This document shows, one piece after another, positions 37,953 to 38,240 of a stretch of 38,240 nucleotides of DNA (within the stretch, counting starts at the first letter, position 1; every line of letters starts with the position of its first letter). The stretch covers positions 1 to 38,240 of the forward strand of contig JBILLK010000049.1 in NCBI GenBank assembly GCA_044376115.1. Direction: 5' to 3'. The stretch comes from Polyangiaceae bacterium (GTDB lineage: Bacteria; Myxococcota_A; Polyangia; Polyangiales; Polyangiaceae). Position numbers and translations under genes: made by a program. Below the pieces are notes generated by a model. That model saw only the letters and a program-made list of their open reading frames with translations, was not told the origin of the DNA and searched no databases.

Positions 37953-38240
37953 AATGACTCGTGCCAAGTCGAAGGTCCAACGGCGCCTTCGGCCGCTTTC
38001 GTCGAAGAGGGCTCGAGTCATTCTGTCTGCTGCATCAACCTTCGGTTGAATGACTCGTGCCAAGTCGATCGTTCACTCGGGCCTTCGGCCTCTCTTTTGG
38101 CGGAGGGCCCGAGTCATTCTGTCTGCTGCATCAACCTTCGGTTGAATGACTCGTGCCAAGTCGAAGGTCCAACGGCGCCTTCGGCCGCTTTCGTCGAAGA
38201 GGGCTCGAGTCATTCTGTCTGCTGCATCAACCTTCGGTTG
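37953..38240. repeat. Tandem array of 96-bp palindromic units (3 visible, A-B-A), running to the window end
   Basis: Units start at 37953, 38049 and 38145. Units 1 and 3 are identical; unit 2 differs only in two 12-nt blocks and one base. Confidence 0.97.

Noticed and set aside
37776..38063. Intact 95-aa gene
   Set aside because: Its first third is translated repeat DNA with a TTG start; only the 3' part looks coding.
37953..38240. Canonical CRISPR array (55-bp repeat, 41-bp spacer)
   Set aside because: The would-be spacers share an internal constant 10-mer and GAGGGC, spacers 1 and 3 are identical, the repeat is too long, and there are no cas genes.

Overview
GC-rich window that looks myxobacterial (inference from a MYXO-CTERM-like tail, a TIGR02996 domain, an AgmX/PglI-like C-terminal domain and about 15 predicted lipoproteins). 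It is accessory territory with no rRNA, tRNA or housekeeping genes. Recognisable genes: a Tat-signal aldo/keto reductase, an HD hydrolase / sigma70-region-4 HTH / minimal nucleotidyltransferase operon, several beta-propeller lipoproteins (WD40, RCC1, Kelch), an SPFH protein, a diheme cytochrome c plus PQQ-type sugar dehydrogenase pair, an MBL-fold hydrolase, a phosphodiester glycosidase, an SMI1/KNR4-ankyrin ORF and a zinc phospholipase C-like protein. Non-coding structure: a probable IS481-type end at the start, a 29-bp direct repeat pair, a 9 x 53-bp hairpin array with an inverted copy followed by a 45-bp array, and a 96-bp tandem array at the right edge. Each 96-bp unit has two 12-nt variable segments either side of a constant palindromic loop. 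That layout resembles dual-guide RNA arrays and is the best candidate for an undescribed system, but only three units (two distinct) are visible and no effector gene is in the window. At least four genes carry apparent frameshifts, either assembly errors or decay. All family calls come from motif recognition by eye, not database searches.
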